A DNA stretch of 64,000 nucleotides, taken from a virus. The notes below the pieces were generated by a model, which had not been told where the DNA came from, ran no database searches, and saw only the letters and a program-made list of their open reading frames with translations. This document shows, one piece after another, positions 1 through 11,335 of the stretch; within the stretch, counting starts at the first letter, position 1; every line of letters begins with the position of its first letter. Where the stretch lies: IMG/VR virus record IMGVR_UViG_3300027833_000017; one strand, 5' to 3'. The position numbers and the translations under genes were made by a program.

Positions 1-2
1 TA

Positions 3-3000
3 TTTAATTTAATTCCTGTTGGTTTCTTTGGAAACGGTGGTGATTTAGGAGAAGCTGAATGGATAGCTTTACCAGAATGGGAAAGAGCATTAAGAATTGA
101 TCCTGCAGGAACTTACTGTGCTGCGGGTGCAACTCCAGCAAACGGTTTTACTGCCGAACAAAAAACAGCTACAGATATAGGAATATCTAATGATCCTAAT
201 GGATGTTGGGTAGAAGTATCATTATCTGGAGAAGACGGAACATCAGGTATTGATGGAGCACAAGGTGCAGACGGAACATCAGGAGTTGATGGAGCTAAAG
301 GTGATCAAGGCGACGCTGGAACATCCGGTGTTGATGGAACATCAGGTAGTAATGGTACTTCAGGTATTAATGGACTCGCTGGAACTTCAGGAAATGACGG
401 CGTTGACGGAACATCAGGAGTTGATGGAACATCAGGAAAAGATGGTAATAATGGAGAAGACGGTAATGACGGCGTTAATGGAACATCCGGTATTAATGGA
501 ACATCCGGTATTGACGGAACTTCTGGTATTAATGGAGTTAGTGGAACATCCGGTATTAATGGAACATCCGGAATTGACGGAACTTCAGGTATTAATGGAA
601 CTTCAGGTGTAGATGGCCAAGCTGGAACTTCAGGAGTTGACGGAACTTCTGGAACAGATGGAGAATCAATAGAATTTAAAACTTCATTTGATGGTCCACA
701 CTCTCTCGGTGATGACAGAAATTCTGGCGCTGATTTAGGTTCAGTAACAGTAGATACAGGTCTATCATATATTGGTGGTGAATACATTATAGTATCTTTA
801 GATGCTGGTCCTAGTAATTTCGATATAGTACAAGTAACTTCATATGATAGCTCTACTGGTGTAATGATGTGGAATAATGTTTATCAAAGTACAGTAGATT
901 CATTTAATTCTATATGGAACATTAATTTAACAGGTATACCTGGTATTAAAGGTGACGATGGAGATGTAGGCGCTGATGGTGCTGATGGTAGAGGAATTTC
1001 TTCTATTCAAATAGACGAAGATGGTAACATGTCAATTGTTTACACGAACGGCGATGGTGTTACTATACCGAATGTTGCTGGAGATGATGGAACTTCTGGT
1101 GTTGATGGAGATAATGGAACATCTGGTGTTGATGGGACTTCTGGTGTTGATGGAGATAATGGAACTTCAGGAGTTAATGGTACTTCAGGTACAACACCAA
1201 TAAAAGGTGAAGATTATGTAGATGGTGAAAACGGTACATCTGGTAAAGATGGAACGTCTGGTGTTGATGGACTTGCTGGAACATCAGGTGTTGATGGAAC
1301 TTCAGGTGTAGATGGTGAAAATGGTACATCTGGTAAAGATGGGACTTCGGGAGTTGATGGTCCACAAGGTGGAGTAGGTCCAGGTGTTAATTTTAAAGGA
1401 GAGGTTGAAGTTCAAGAACAGTTACCACAAGAAGGAAATGAACAAGGAGATGCATATATTGTACAATTAGATGATAGTTTCTGGATGTGGAATGGAACAG
1501 CGTGGATTAATGGTGGATCAATACAAGGTGCATCAGGAACTTCTGGTAAAGATGGGACTTCGGGAGTTGATGGAAATGATGGGACTTCGGGAGTTGATGG
1601 AACGTCTGGTGTTGATGGAAATGATGGGACTTCAGGAAATGATGGAACTTCGGGAGCTGATGGAACTTCAGGTACAACACCAATAAAAGGTGAAGATTAT
1701 GTAGATGGTGAAAATGGTACATCTGGTAAAGATGGGACTTCGGGAGTTGATGGAGTTAATGGAACTTCAGGTATTAGTGGAACATCAGGCGTTGATGGAA
1801 CTTCAGGTGTAGATGGTGAAAATGGTACATCTGGTAAAGATGGGACTTCGGGAAATGATGGGACTTCAGGTATTGATGGAGTTAATGGAACTTCAGGTGT
1901 AACACCAATAAAAGGTGAAGATTATGTAGATGGTGAAAATGGTACATCTGGTAAAGATGGGACTTCAGGTATTGATGGAGTTAATGGTACATCTGGAATT
2001 AATGGAACCTCTGGTATTGACGGCACATCAGGTATTGATGGAGTTAATGGTACATCTGGAATTAACGGTACATCTGGAATTAATGGAACTTCAGGTATAT
2101 CTGGAACTTCAGGTGTAACACCAATAAAAGGTGAAGATTATGTAGATGGCGAAAATGGTACATCTGGTAAAGATGGAACTTCAGGAACTAATGGATCAAG
2201 TGGATCTTCAGGAGTAACTGGTAATCCAGGAACTTCAGGTATATCTGGAACTTCAGGTAAAGATGGAACTTCTGGTGTAAGTGGAACTTCTGGTGTAAGT
2301 GGAACTTCAGGAACAGACGGTACTTCAGGTATAACACCAATAAAAGGTGAAGATTATGTAGATGGCGAAAATGGTACATCTGGTAAAGATGGAACTTCTG
2401 GAACAGATGGAACTTCAGGTGCAACACCAATAAAAGATGAAGATTATTTTGACGGTACATCTGGTAAAGATGGGACTTCAGGAACAGATGGAACGAGTGG
2501 AACTAACGGAAGTTCAGGTACTGATGGTACTTCAGGAACTAATGGAAGCTCAGGAACTGATGGAACTTCTGGTACAAACGGAACTTCAGGTATAACGCCA
2601 ATAAAAGGTGAAGATTATGTAGATGGTGAAAATGGTACATCTGGTAAAGATGGGACTTCAGGAACAGATGGAACGAGTGGAACTAACGGAAGTTCAGGTA
2701 CTGATGGTACTTCAGGAACTGATGGTAGTTCTGGTGTAAGTGGAACTTCAGGTGTAGATGGTACTTCAGGTACAACTCCAATAAAAGACGAAGATTATTT
2801 TGATGGTACATCTGGTAAAGATGGTACTTCAGGAACAGACGGAACTTCAGGTATAACGCCAATAAAAGGTGAAGATTATGTAGATGGTACTTCTGGTGTA
2901 AATGGAACTTCTGGAACTTCAGGTAAAGATGGAACTTCAGGAACTGATGGAACTTCAGGTACAGATGGAACTTCAGGAACTGATGGAACTTCAGGTACAG

Positions 3001-4175
3001 ATGGAACTTCTGGCTTAAATGGTACATCTGGTAAAGATGGAACTTCAGGTATAACGCCAATAAAAGGTGAAGATTATGTAGATGGTACTTCAGGTACAGA
3101 TGGAACTTCTGGAACTAATGGTACAAGTGGAACTAACGGAAGCTCAGGAACTGATGGAACTTCTGGAACTAATGGTACAAGTGGAACAGATGGAACTTCA
3201 GGTGCAACTCCAATAAAAGATGAAGATTATTTTGATGGTACATCTGGTAAAGATGGAACTTCAGGTACAGATGGTACTTCAGGAACTGATGGAACTTCAG
3301 GTGCAGATGGAACTTCAGGAACAGATGGAACTTCAGGAACAGACGGAACTTCAGGTGTAACACCAATAAAAGATGAAGATTATTTTGATGGTACATCTGG
3401 TAAAGATGGGACTTCAGGTACAGATGGAACGAGTGGAACAGATGGAACTTCAGGTGTAACACCAATAAAAGATGAAGATTATTTTGACGGTACATCTGGT
3501 AAAGATGGAACTTCAGGAACTAATGGATCAAGTGGAACAGATGGAACTTCAGGAACCGATGGAACTTCAGGAACCGATGGAACTTCAGGAACAGATGGTA
3601 CTTCAGGTACAACTCCAATAAAAGATGAAGATTATACAGACGGTACATCTGGTAAAGATGGGACTTCAGGAGTTAATGGAACTTCAGGAGTTAATGGAAC
3701 TTCAGGAATAAATGGAACTTCAGGAGTTAATGGTACAAGTGGAACTTCAGGTAGAAGTATTACTGGACCACGTGGAACAGGAACGTGTTTTGAGCATATA
3801 GCTCTTAATCCAGTTCCAAGAGACGTGACAATTACGAATATAGGATTACAAAAAGCATTTGTAATGGTACCATGGACATTTAAATATGAAGGATTTACGT
3901 TGAAATACATAGAATCATCATATGGTGTTACTAATAACTCTGATGCCGTAACATTTACTTTACATGGTGTAGACAGTACTGGTGGTGTTACTAACATTAC
4001 ACAATGGTCACATAATGCTAATACTAAATTTAGCGCTGCTACTATAAATACAGAAATAGACACAGACTCTAAATATTTGTATATTTCAGCTAATAGAGAA
4101 TCATATACAGGATCAGGATTTACTGCAACATTAGAATTCTTAAATAGCAGTAGTGAATGTAACCAGGAAGTGTAA
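3..4175 (+). CDS. Collagen-like (Gly-Thr-Ser/Gly-X-Asp) fibre protein, 5'-truncated
   Basis: Frame of ORF 864..4175 is open from nt 3 ([13 protein letters not shown]...). Long G-X-Y tracts interrupted by 14 TPIK(G/D)EDY(V/F/T)D motifs, one small globular insert and a C-terminal globular domain. Confidence 0.85.
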   Translation, partial: FNLIPVGFFGNGGDLGEAEWIALPEWERALRIDPAGTYCAAGATPANGFTAEQKTATDIGISNDPNGCWVEVSLSGEDGTSGIDGAQGADGTSGVDGAKGDQGDAGTSGVDGTSGSNGTSGINGLAGTSGNDGVDGTSGVDGTSGKDGNNGEDGNDGVNGTSGINGTSGIDGTSGINGVSGTSGINGTSGIDGTSGINGTSGVDGQAGTSGVDGTSGTDGESIEFKTSFDGPHSLGDDRNSGADLGSVTVDTGLSYIGGEYIIVSLDAGPSNFDIVQVTSYDSSTGVMMWNNVYQSTVDSFNSIWNINLTGIPGIKGDDGDVGADGADGRGISSIQIDEDGNMSIVYTNGDGVTIPNVAGDDGTSGVDGDNGTSGVDGTSGVDGDNGTSGVNGTSGTTPIKGEDYVDGENGTSGKDGTSGVDGLAGTSGVDGTSGVDGENGTSGKDGTSGVDGPQGGVGPGVNFKGEVEVQEQLPQEGNEQGDAYIVQLDDSFWMWNGTAWINGGSIQGASGTSGKDGTSGVDGNDGTSGVDGTSGVDGNDGTSGNDGTSGADGTSGTTPIKGEDYVDGENGTSGKDGTSGVDGVNGTSGISGTSGVDGTSGVDGENGTSGKDGTSGNDGTSGIDGVNGTSGVTPIKGEDYVDGENGTSGKDGTSGIDGVNGTSGINGTSGIDGTSGIDGVNGTSGINGTSGINGTSGISGTSGVTPIKGEDYVDGENGTSGKDGTSGTNGSSGSSGVTGNPGTSGISGTSGKDGTSGVSGTSGVSGTSGTDGTSGITPIKGEDYVDGENGTSGKDGTSGTDGTSGATPIKDEDYFDGTSGKDGTSGTDGTSGTNGSSGTDGTSGTNGSSGTDGTSGTNGTSGITPIKGEDYVDGENGTSGKDGTSGTDGTSGTNGSSGTDGTSGTDGSSGVSGTSGVDGTSGTTPIKDEDYFDGTSGKDGTSGTDGTSGITPIKGEDYVDGTSGVNGTSGTSGKDGTSGTDGTSGTDGTSGTDGTSGTDGTSGLNGTSGKDGTSGITPIKGEDYVDGTSGTDGTSGTNGTSGTNGSSGTDGTSGTNGTSGTDGTSGATPIKDEDYFDGTSGKDGTSGTDGTSGTDGTSGADGTSGTDGTSGTDGTSGVTPIKDEDYFDGTSGKDGTSGTDGTSGTDGTSGVTPIKDEDYFDGTSGKDGTSGTNGSSGTDGTSGTDGTSGTDGTSGTDGTSGTTPIKDEDYTDGTSGKDGTSGVNGTSGVNGTSGINGTSGVNGTSGTSGRSITGPRGTGTCFEHIALNPVPRDVTITNIGLQKAFVMVPWTFKYEGFTLKYIESSYGVTNNSDAVTFTLHGVDSTGGVTNITQWSHNANTKFSAATINTEIDTDSKYLYISANRESYTGSGFTATLEFLNSSSECNQEV

Positions 4176-4198
4176 TAAAAATATAATATATAATTAAC

Positions 4199-4516
4199 AT
4201 GGCTAAATTATTTGAAGAGTTTTTAGAAGAGAAGAATTTCCAAGTATTTACAGGTGAACACTCCATTAAATATAGATTATCATACCAATATGGTAAGGGT
4301 GGTTTTTTAGCAATGGCTTCATCTAGTAAAGAGAATGATAAAGAGATAGAAATAGATGATGTGTTTAAAATAGGTAAAGCTATTGAAGATTCAATCAATG
4401 CCGAGCTTAAAAAATATAAACAGCTATTTACAGTAGAAGAAGATCATGGTTATCAAGGAGCTGGATATGCTTTTTATCTTAATATGGATGATCTAATAAA
4501 AAAGCTAAATAAGTAA
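4199..4516 (+). CDS. Hypothetical protein, possible internal virion protein
   Basis: 105 aa ORF; N-terminus MAKLFEEFLEE resembles T4-type capsid-targeting leaders. Confidence 0.6.
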   Translation: MAKLFEEFLEEKNFQVFTGEHSIKYRLSYQYGKGGFLAMASSSKENDKEIEIDDVFKIGKAIEDSINAELKKYKQLFTVEEDHGYQGAGYAFYLNMDDLIKKLNK

Positions 4517-4519
4517 AAC

Positions 4520-7174
4520 ATGGCAATATCGGTATTTACACATGGAGAAGAATGTATTCCACCTTCGAATCTAATTAACTTAGTTTATAGCGCATCGTCG
4601 TATAATGGTTTAAATGCCACGCCTACATCAAACGCGGTAAATCCATATCATATTAATGGAACACCTGGTGTTGGGGATCAATTAACAATACCAACTACAT
4701 GTTCAGCTGGATTTGATGTTGCATTTTTAGTAGATTATACCGCTTCAATGAGTGGTTCTATAAGTGGTGTAAAAGCAGGTATTACTAATATACTAAATAC
4801 AATTAATACTGTATCAAATGGAAATTATAGAGTAAGTCTTACATTATTTGATGAATATGGTACTAATAATCTGGCAGCACCATCAAATTATAATAACACA
4901 ATATATCAAAATTTACCTGCTTCACAAAAAGTAAAGATAACTAGTGGAGCTAACGATACTCAATTTATTACATGTATGTCACCATTTTTTGGCGTAGGTC
5001 AAACAGCTGATTTTCAATCAAAGTTAAGTGTGATAGATACTTCTAACTTTCCTTTGGGCGCTGGTTCTGCAGGTCCAGAACCGGGTGGGTTAGCAGTAAA
5101 CGAAATAGTTAATAATGGAATTGCCGGAGGATTTAGATCTGACGCAATTAAAATAATCATATTAATTACTGATAATGTACCAGGTGGAGATGATGATATA
5201 AATAATTCAACCGATCAAGCATATTTTAATAATACGCTTATTGGGATAGTTGATTCACTAGACGTTCAAGTTATGGTACAAAGTACTAGAAATCCAACAG
5301 GTGCATATCCATCAGGAGGAGGTAATTTTTATTATGACTTAGCAATTGGAACAACGCCCGCTGGTAGATATGACACAGTTACGTTTGATGCTTCTGGGAA
5401 TTGGGTAAATTCTGGATTAATTACGGGAATAGAATCATTATGTGATGAAAGTTATATACCAACATGTGATGATGCTCCTGCAGGGTGGTATCATGAATAT
5501 GGCTCTACTTTTGCGTTTTATTTTGATGGTTCAACAGTAACAAATATTTATTATTATCCACCAGAATATGCATTGGAATCACCAACTTCTAGTGCTAATG
5601 AAGGTGGAAGTTTTACATTTAATGCATTGACAAAATATGTTACTTATGGTACTAATTTATATTGGACTGTTGATTCTGGAAGTACTATTAACATGTCTAG
5701 TGATACATCCGCTGCAAATCAAGGACAAGTTACAATACAAGAAAATACCGGGGTATCTACGCCACAAAGTGGTAAAAGGCAATTTGGATTTACAGTAACG
5801 CAAGATAATTTAACCGAAGGTCAAGAAAGATTTAAATTACATCTTAGAACTGGTAGTTACACAGGTACTATAGTTGCATCTACGGATTGGTTATATGTTA
5901 ATGATACTTCTTTAAGTCCAACTGCAACACCATCTCCAACAGATATTCCAACGGGTAATTGTCAACACTCTTGGTTCTCCATAGGTGTAGATTCAAATAG
6001 ATATGGATTAAGATATAAATCAATAGAATCTGGAACATATATAAATACACGCCTTAATCAAATGTTAAGTACTGCAAATGTATGGCGTAATGGAAAAGAA
6101 GGTTATGTTGTTTCTGTATGTTCACAAGAAGTGGTAAACATATATGATTTTGATAATAATGGAGCAATTACTAGTATTAGTGGTTTTGAAAGATTAGCTT
6201 CCGGTGGTTCATGTAATGGTGATTCTATATGTAGTTATGAAGCTCCTAACCCAACTGCAACACCGGTTCCAACTGCAACACCAGTTCCAACACCAACTGC
6301 GACGCCATTACCAGATCCGACTCGAACACCAACACCGACTGCAACACCGGTTCCAACTGCAACACCAGTTCCAACAGCAGTTCCGCCAACTGCAACACCG
6401 TATCCGACTGCAACACCAACAGTAACGAAGATTGTTTTGCCAACACCAACACCTAATCCAACAGCGACTCCTGAACCAACAGACGAGTACATATATGAAT
6501 TGAGTTCGTGTAATTCAGAACAACCGAATGTCAAAGCTAAAAGTAATACTCAAAAAATAATAGGAGCTAAATATGAACTTACAGGTTCTTCTTACCAAAG
6601 TGGAAATCCATGGACTATTATTAGACTATCATTTGGTTTTGCTCCTACATGGATAGGTAATGTTTCGAGAGACGCATGTGATGATAACGGTGAGTGTTTA
6701 TTAGAAGGTACACAAATTAAATTACCTAATGGAACATCTACGCAAATAGAAACATTAAAAGTAGGTGATACTTTAGCTTCTAATAATATAGGTAATATGC
6801 CAAACACTGATAACGTGCTTGAATTATTAACATGGGAAGAAACCGATCCATTAGTTTCAAGTACAACTACAACTATTGTAGGTATAGAATTGAATACAGT
6901 CAATAGAGTTTTAAACTTTAATCAGGGATTATTAACATCGACCGTAGCACATTTACATATTATTAAAAGAGATAATTTATGGACAGTTACTCAAGCAATA
7001 AATATTAAAGAGGGTGATATCTTTATAAATGATAATGGCACAGAACATATTATCAGTTCAATTGAAGATATGTCTGGAACTTTTAACACTTATAAGATAG
7101 ATGTTGAAGAGAATGATACATATATTGCCAATGAGATTATTACACACAATAGAAAACTAGAAGGTATAGAATAA
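4520..7174 (+). CDS. vWA domain + Pro/Thr linker + C-terminal Hint domain protein
   Basis: DVAFLVDYTASM (MIDAS-like) and IIILITD; PTATPVPTATP repeats; Hint from CLLEGT (6695) to YIANEIITHN (7150). Confidence 0.8.
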   Translation: MAISVFTHGEECIPPSNLINLVYSASSYNGLNATPTSNAVNPYHINGTPGVGDQLTIPTTCSAGFDVAFLVDYTASMSGSISGVKAGITNILNTINTVSNGNYRVSLTLFDEYGTNNLAAPSNYNNTIYQNLPASQKVKITSGANDTQFITCMSPFFGVGQTADFQSKLSVIDTSNFPLGAGSAGPEPGGLAVNEIVNNGIAGGFRSDAIKIIILITDNVPGGDDDINNSTDQAYFNNTLIGIVDSLDVQVMVQSTRNPTGAYPSGGGNFYYDLAIGTTPAGRYDTVTFDASGNWVNSGLITGIESLCDESYIPTCDDAPAGWYHEYGSTFAFYFDGSTVTNIYYYPPEYALESPTSSANEGGSFTFNALTKYVTYGTNLYWTVDSGSTINMSSDTSAANQGQVTIQENTGVSTPQSGKRQFGFTVTQDNLTEGQERFKLHLRTGSYTGTIVASTDWLYVNDTSLSPTATPSPTDIPTGNCQHSWFSIGVDSNRYGLRYKSIESGTYINTRLNQMLSTANVWRNGKEGYVVSVCSQEVVNIYDFDNNGAITSISGFERLASGGSCNGDSICSYEAPNPTATPVPTATPVPTPTATPLPDPTRTPTPTATPVPTATPVPTAVPPTATPYPTATPTVTKIVLPTPTPNPTATPEPTDEYIYELSSCNSEQPNVKAKSNTQKIIGAKYELTGSSYQSGNPWTIIRLSFGFAPTWIGNVSRDACDDNGECLLEGTQIKLPNGTSTQIETLKVGDTLASNNIGNMPNTDNVLELLTWEETDPLVSSTTTTIVGIELNTVNRVLNFNQGLLTSTVAHLHIIKRDNLWTVTQAINIKEGDIFINDNGTEHIISSIEDMSGTFNTYKIDVEENDTYIANEIITHNRKLEGIE

Positions 7175-7244
7175 CTAATTCGTATCTTTACATGTAAACA
7201 AAACGTTGATATATAATATAACTACTAATTAACGTTATAATTAC

Positions 7245-8492
7245 ATGGAAGAAACCATTTTTATTCAGATAGCTAGCTATAGAGATCCTGAATTATTAAA
7301 TACTCTAAAAGATTGTATAGAAAACTCTGAACACCCAGAGCGACTTAGATTTGGTATATGTTGGCAACATTCACCAGAAGATGAATGGGATACAATGGAT
7401 CTATATAAAGATGATGATAGATTTAGAATTTTAGATGTAAATTACAAAGACTCTACTGGAGCATGTTGGGCTAGAAATAGTATACAACAATTATATAAAG
7501 GAGAAACATATACCTTTCAATTAGATTCTCATCATCGATTTATTAAAAACTGGGATACAGAATTAATTACTATGCTGAAAGGCTTACAAGCTAAAGGTTA
7601 TGAAAAACCTTTACTTACAAGTTATATTTCCTCATATCAACCCGATAACGATCCTGAAGGCAGACAAAATCAACCGTGGTTAATGAACTTTGATAGATTT
7701 ACACCAGAGGGTGTAATATTCTTTTTGCCTGCGAGTATACCTAATTGGAAAAATCTAAAAGGACCAGTATCCTCTAGATTTTACTCTGCTCATTTTGCAT
7801 TTACTTTAGGTAAGTTTGCAGTTGAGGTTCAACATGATCCTGAATTCTACTTTCATGGTGAAGAGATAACTATTGCTATTAGAGCATTTACACACGGATA
7901 TGACTTATTTCACCCACATAAAATAATTGCTTGGCATGAATATACTCGTAAAGGTAGAACTAAACAATGGGACGATGACCCAGAATGGCACAAAAGAAAT
8001 CATAGAACTCACGAAAAAACTCGTAAACTATTAGGTATTGACGGAGAATCTTTTGATTCAGAAGATGAAACATTTGGTAAATATGGTTTAGGAAGAGTTA
8101 GAACTATTGCAGATTGGGAAAAACATTCTGGAATTAGATTAAAAGACAGAAGAGTACAACAACACACATTAGATAATTTATTGTCACCTAATCCAATACC
8201 GTTAGATTATGACAATAGTTTTCTATCAAAATTTAAAACATTCATAGATGTACCAAAGTCTAAGCTAACAGAAAACGATTATGAATTCGTTGCAGTTATA
8301 TGTGAAAAAGAAGATGGAACATCTGTATATAGAAATGATTTAAATGCTAATGAAATTAAAAGTAAACTTAATTCTGATAATGAGTGGATTAATGTTGTTG
8401 TAGATTATCAAGGTGAAAAACCATACAAATGGATATTTTGGCCATATAGTACAACTAAAGGTTGGTGTGAAAAAATAGAAAGAGTCATATAA
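7245..8492 (+). CDS. GT60/Gnt1-like polypeptide GlcNAc transferase
   Basis: IFIQIASYRDPEL, GACWAR, QLDSHHRF..WD, FHGEE..IRAFTHGYD motifs typical of the Skp1-hydroxyproline GlcNAc-transferase family. Confidence 0.75.
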   Translation: MEETIFIQIASYRDPELLNTLKDCIENSEHPERLRFGICWQHSPEDEWDTMDLYKDDDRFRILDVNYKDSTGACWARNSIQQLYKGETYTFQLDSHHRFIKNWDTELITMLKGLQAKGYEKPLLTSYISSYQPDNDPEGRQNQPWLMNFDRFTPEGVIFFLPASIPNWKNLKGPVSSRFYSAHFAFTLGKFAVEVQHDPEFYFHGEEITIAIRAFTHGYDLFHPHKIIAWHEYTRKGRTKQWDDDPEWHKRNHRTHEKTRKLLGIDGESFDSEDETFGKYGLGRVRTIADWEKHSGIRLKDRRVQQHTLDNLLSPNPIPLDYDNSFLSKFKTFIDVPKSKLTENDYEFVAVICEKEDGTSVYRNDLNANEIKSKLNSDNEWINVVVDYQGEKPYKWIFWPYSTTKGWCEKIERVI

Positions 8493-9310
8493 TGAGAAAG
8501 GCACTTACTGGAGTTAGTAACAATGTTGCTAAAAATATTGATAAAATAAAAGTCTGGGCTCATAGTTTCGAAGAACAAACTAACGGAGATGCAGTTCTTA
8601 TAGCAGCAGATATGTCTGAAGATGACAAAATGTCATTAGAAACTAATAATATTAAGTATTTTGAGGTAAAAACTGATCAAAACTTAACAATTAACGATAG
8701 TAGACTAAATCATACAGCGAATTGGATAGAAAATAGTGATTATGATGTTTTTATGGTTACTGATGTTTTTGATGTTTGTTTTCAAGGTGATCCATTTGAA
8801 TTAATGGATTTTGAATCTTATGATTTTTTTGCAGCATCTGAAGGTATATTCCATAGAGAAGAGCCATGGAATATGGATGTTATGAATAAAGCATTTCCGG
8901 AATATCATGAATTTATTAAACCATTTGAAGTTGTTTGTAGTGGAGTAATGGGAGGTAAAAAAGATTCTCTAGTAAAAACACTAAGAATGCAACAAAAATT
9001 AGTTGATGGAGCATTACATGGACATGATATTAGAGATCAAGCAGCATTTAATATTCTAATTTATAAAAACCAAATAGATAATTGTAAGATTTTTAAACCA
9101 AATGATGGGTGGGTAATACATTGTTCATTGTCTGGTCCAACATTTCAACATATAAATTGGGGTTTAGGTGATTTAATCAATAGTAGATATGGATTACCTG
9201 TTCTTAAAGGTAATCATTTAGTAGATTCTAATGATAAATTATATAAAATAGCACATCAATATAATAGAATTCCTGAATGGGATGTTAAAATAATAGAAAA
9301 ATATGTCTAA
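8492..9310 (+). CDS. Putative glycosyltransferase
   Basis: TDVFDVCFQGDPF and DQAAFN motifs; located in the GT operon. Confidence 0.55.
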   Translation: MRKALTGVSNNVAKNIDKIKVWAHSFEEQTNGDAVLIAADMSEDDKMSLETNNIKYFEVKTDQNLTINDSRLNHTANWIENSDYDVFMVTDVFDVCFQGDPFELMDFESYDFFAASEGIFHREEPWNMDVMNKAFPEYHEFIKPFEVVCSGVMGGKKDSLVKTLRMQQKLVDGALHGHDIRDQAAFNILIYKNQIDNCKIFKPNDGWVIHCSLSGPTFQHINWGLGDLINSRYGLPVLKGNHLVDSNDKLYKIAHQYNRIPEWDVKIIEKYV

Positions 9311-10028
9311 AAAGATAGTTTGTACATGTGCTAACACTTTTAAATCATATGATTCTTATTGGAAGACAGTAGATTTTGATTTTGAATTCTTATCTGACAG
9401 ATATCCTGTTGGAATTGAGTATGATGAGCAAAAAGTAAGAGATGTTTTTAATTTTAAAGGTGATGTTAGTAAAAAACACTTTTGGAACTCACAAGGAAAT
9501 AGAAATATCATTTGGTTTTATGCACATCTTAGAATGGCATATTATTTTATACTAAATCCAAATGAAGAGTGGTATTGGTTTATGGATGATGACGTAATTT
9601 GTGATAATTGGTCAGAATTCTTTAAAGCATTTGAAAATAATGATGCGGATTTTATTTCTTATTATCTTTTTAAGAATAAGGATGTGAAAAATCAACCAAA
9701 TATACCTGAAATTGATAAAAATACACATAGTAGTACTGCGTGGTTTAGTAGATTTCCAGGGGATGGTGATAATATTGATAAAAGCGATGAATTATTTGGA
9801 TCATTCTTTCCAATAGTTAGATTTTCAAATAAAAGCTTAAAACACTTGTCTAATTTATTAATAAACAAGCAACATGGATACTCAGAAGGATTTGTACCTA
9901 CTATATTGAACAGGGATGGATTTAAATTAGATACAATTTTTAATAATCAGAGCAAGTCAGATCACTTTGATGTAAATAAGATACATATATTACACAAAAA
10001 TATTAAAGTAGATTGGTCATGGATATAA
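9303..10028 (+). CDS. Putative GT-A glycosyltransferase
   Basis: WYWFMDDDV DxD motif; operon context. Confidence 0.5.
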   Translation: MSKKIVCTCANTFKSYDSYWKTVDFDFEFLSDRYPVGIEYDEQKVRDVFNFKGDVSKKHFWNSQGNRNIIWFYAHLRMAYYFILNPNEEWYWFMDDDVICDNWSEFFKAFENNDADFISYYLFKNKDVKNQPNIPEIDKNTHSSTAWFSRFPGDGDNIDKSDELFGSFFPIVRFSNKSLKHLSNLLINKQHGYSEGFVPTILNRDGFKLDTIFNNQSKSDHFDVNKIHILHKNIKVDWSWI

Positions 10029-10567
10029 AAAAAGTATTTTTAGATTTAGGAACTCATAATTGCGAAGGTTTAAGACATTTTAAAGAAGAATTAAATATTG
10101 ATTCTTCATGGAAAGTACATGCATTTGAACCTAATACTAATTTAGACAACGTGTGTTGGGATACACTAGGATTAGATGTAACTTTACATAAAAAAGGAGT
10201 GTGGACCGAAACAGGTACTTTCGAATTCTTAATGTTTGGTGATAATGGATTAAGTCAAGGTGCATATATTACTCCTGTTGGCGATAAAAAATACACTGAT
10301 TATCATTCTAAGATGTTAGTAGAATGTATAAACTTTATAGAATTTTTAAAACAATTCGAAAACGTTGAGGTTTATATTAAAATGGATATTGAGTGGGCAG
10401 AATATGCAATAATCACTAAAATGTTAGATGAAGGATGGAATAATAATATTAAAAAGATGTGGGTAGAGTGGCACGGTCAACATTCCGATAAATATGTTCA
10501 AGAAGCATCTGAATTAAAAACTAGAATTAAAAACGAGACAAACACACAAATGTTTGATTGGATATGA
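10019..10567 (+). CDS. FkbM-family methyltransferase
   Basis: VFLDLGTH, VHAFEPN, IKMDIEWAEY; ATG at 10019. Confidence 0.8.
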   Translation: MDIKKVFLDLGTHNCEGLRHFKEELNIDSSWKVHAFEPNTNLDNVCWDTLGLDVTLHKKGVWTETGTFEFLMFGDNGLSQGAYITPVGDKKYTDYHSKMLVECINFIEFLKQFENVEVYIKMDIEWAEYAIITKMLDEGWNNNIKKMWVEWHGQHSDKYVQEASELKTRIKNETNTQMFDWI

Positions 10568-11334
10568 AAAAACCACTAATAATTACAGCACTATATGACA
10601 TTGGTCGTTCCGAATGGAAAGATTATTCAATGTCATATCATACATATTTAGCTTGGATGGCAAATACATTAAAGTTAAAATGTGAGATGGTAATTTTTAC
10701 ACAACCTAAATTTGAAGATAGAGTTAGAGAAATGAGATCTTCTGTAGATCCTGATAATAAAATAACTAAATATGTTATAAATGAAACAGAAGATTTAGAA
10801 GCATATAAAAAATGGAATGACCCATTAACAGAATTAATGAACAGTGAATCATTTAAAGAGAAAAGACACTTTGATCATGTACCTGAAATGAATTATCCAT
10901 TATACAATATCATAATGTTCAATAAAGTATTCTTTTTGAAGGAAGCTTTGAATTTATGTCCAGATGCTACACATTTATTATGGTTAGATGCAGGTGGTAT
11001 AAGAGAAAATGTAGATGTCAATGATAATTGGCCAAATATTAAAAGATTAGAAGATAAAATAATTAAGTTTAGTCATAACGTACCCTTTGAAGTTACTGAT
11101 CCTCAGTGGCATAGTTTTTCACAAGTTAGAAACATACAAGGTACTGCATTTGTGTGCCCATCTAAAACAATAGATTGGTATATAAGTGAGATTGAAAAAA
11201 CAGTAGCCTCATGTTTAGAAGGCGGATTTATGGGCAGTGATGAAAAAATATTTGATCTAACCTACATAAAAAATCCAAACAAATTCACCTTGATTAAACA
11301 AGGATGGAGGGAATATTACGAGTGGTTGTCATAG
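10564..11334 (+). CDS. HtrL/WlaTC-like glycosyltransferase
   Basis: IITALYDIGR..W, KVFFLKEA, WLDAG motifs. Confidence 0.65.
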   Translation: MKKPLIITALYDIGRSEWKDYSMSYHTYLAWMANTLKLKCEMVIFTQPKFEDRVREMRSSVDPDNKITKYVINETEDLEAYKKWNDPLTELMNSESFKEKRHFDHVPEMNYPLYNIIMFNKVFFLKEALNLCPDATHLLWLDAGGIRENVDVNDNWPNIKRLEDKIIKFSHNVPFEVTDPQWHSFSQVRNIQGTAFVCPSKTIDWYISEIEKTVASCLEGGFMGSDEKIFDLTYIKNPNKFTLIKQGWREYYEWLS

Positions 11335-11335
11335 T

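Noticed and set aside
250-4063. Alternative-frame ORFs (MELQELM..., PEVPS..., LKFH...) over the collagen genes, also at 31024-32931 and 39105-40945
   Set aside because: Shadow frames of the GGA-ACT-TCA repeat; the real frame is G-X-Y.
6695-7150. Hint domains as true splicing inteins or mobile elements
   Set aside because: No endonuclease, terminal location, and residue after the Asn is R or N rather than C/S/T.
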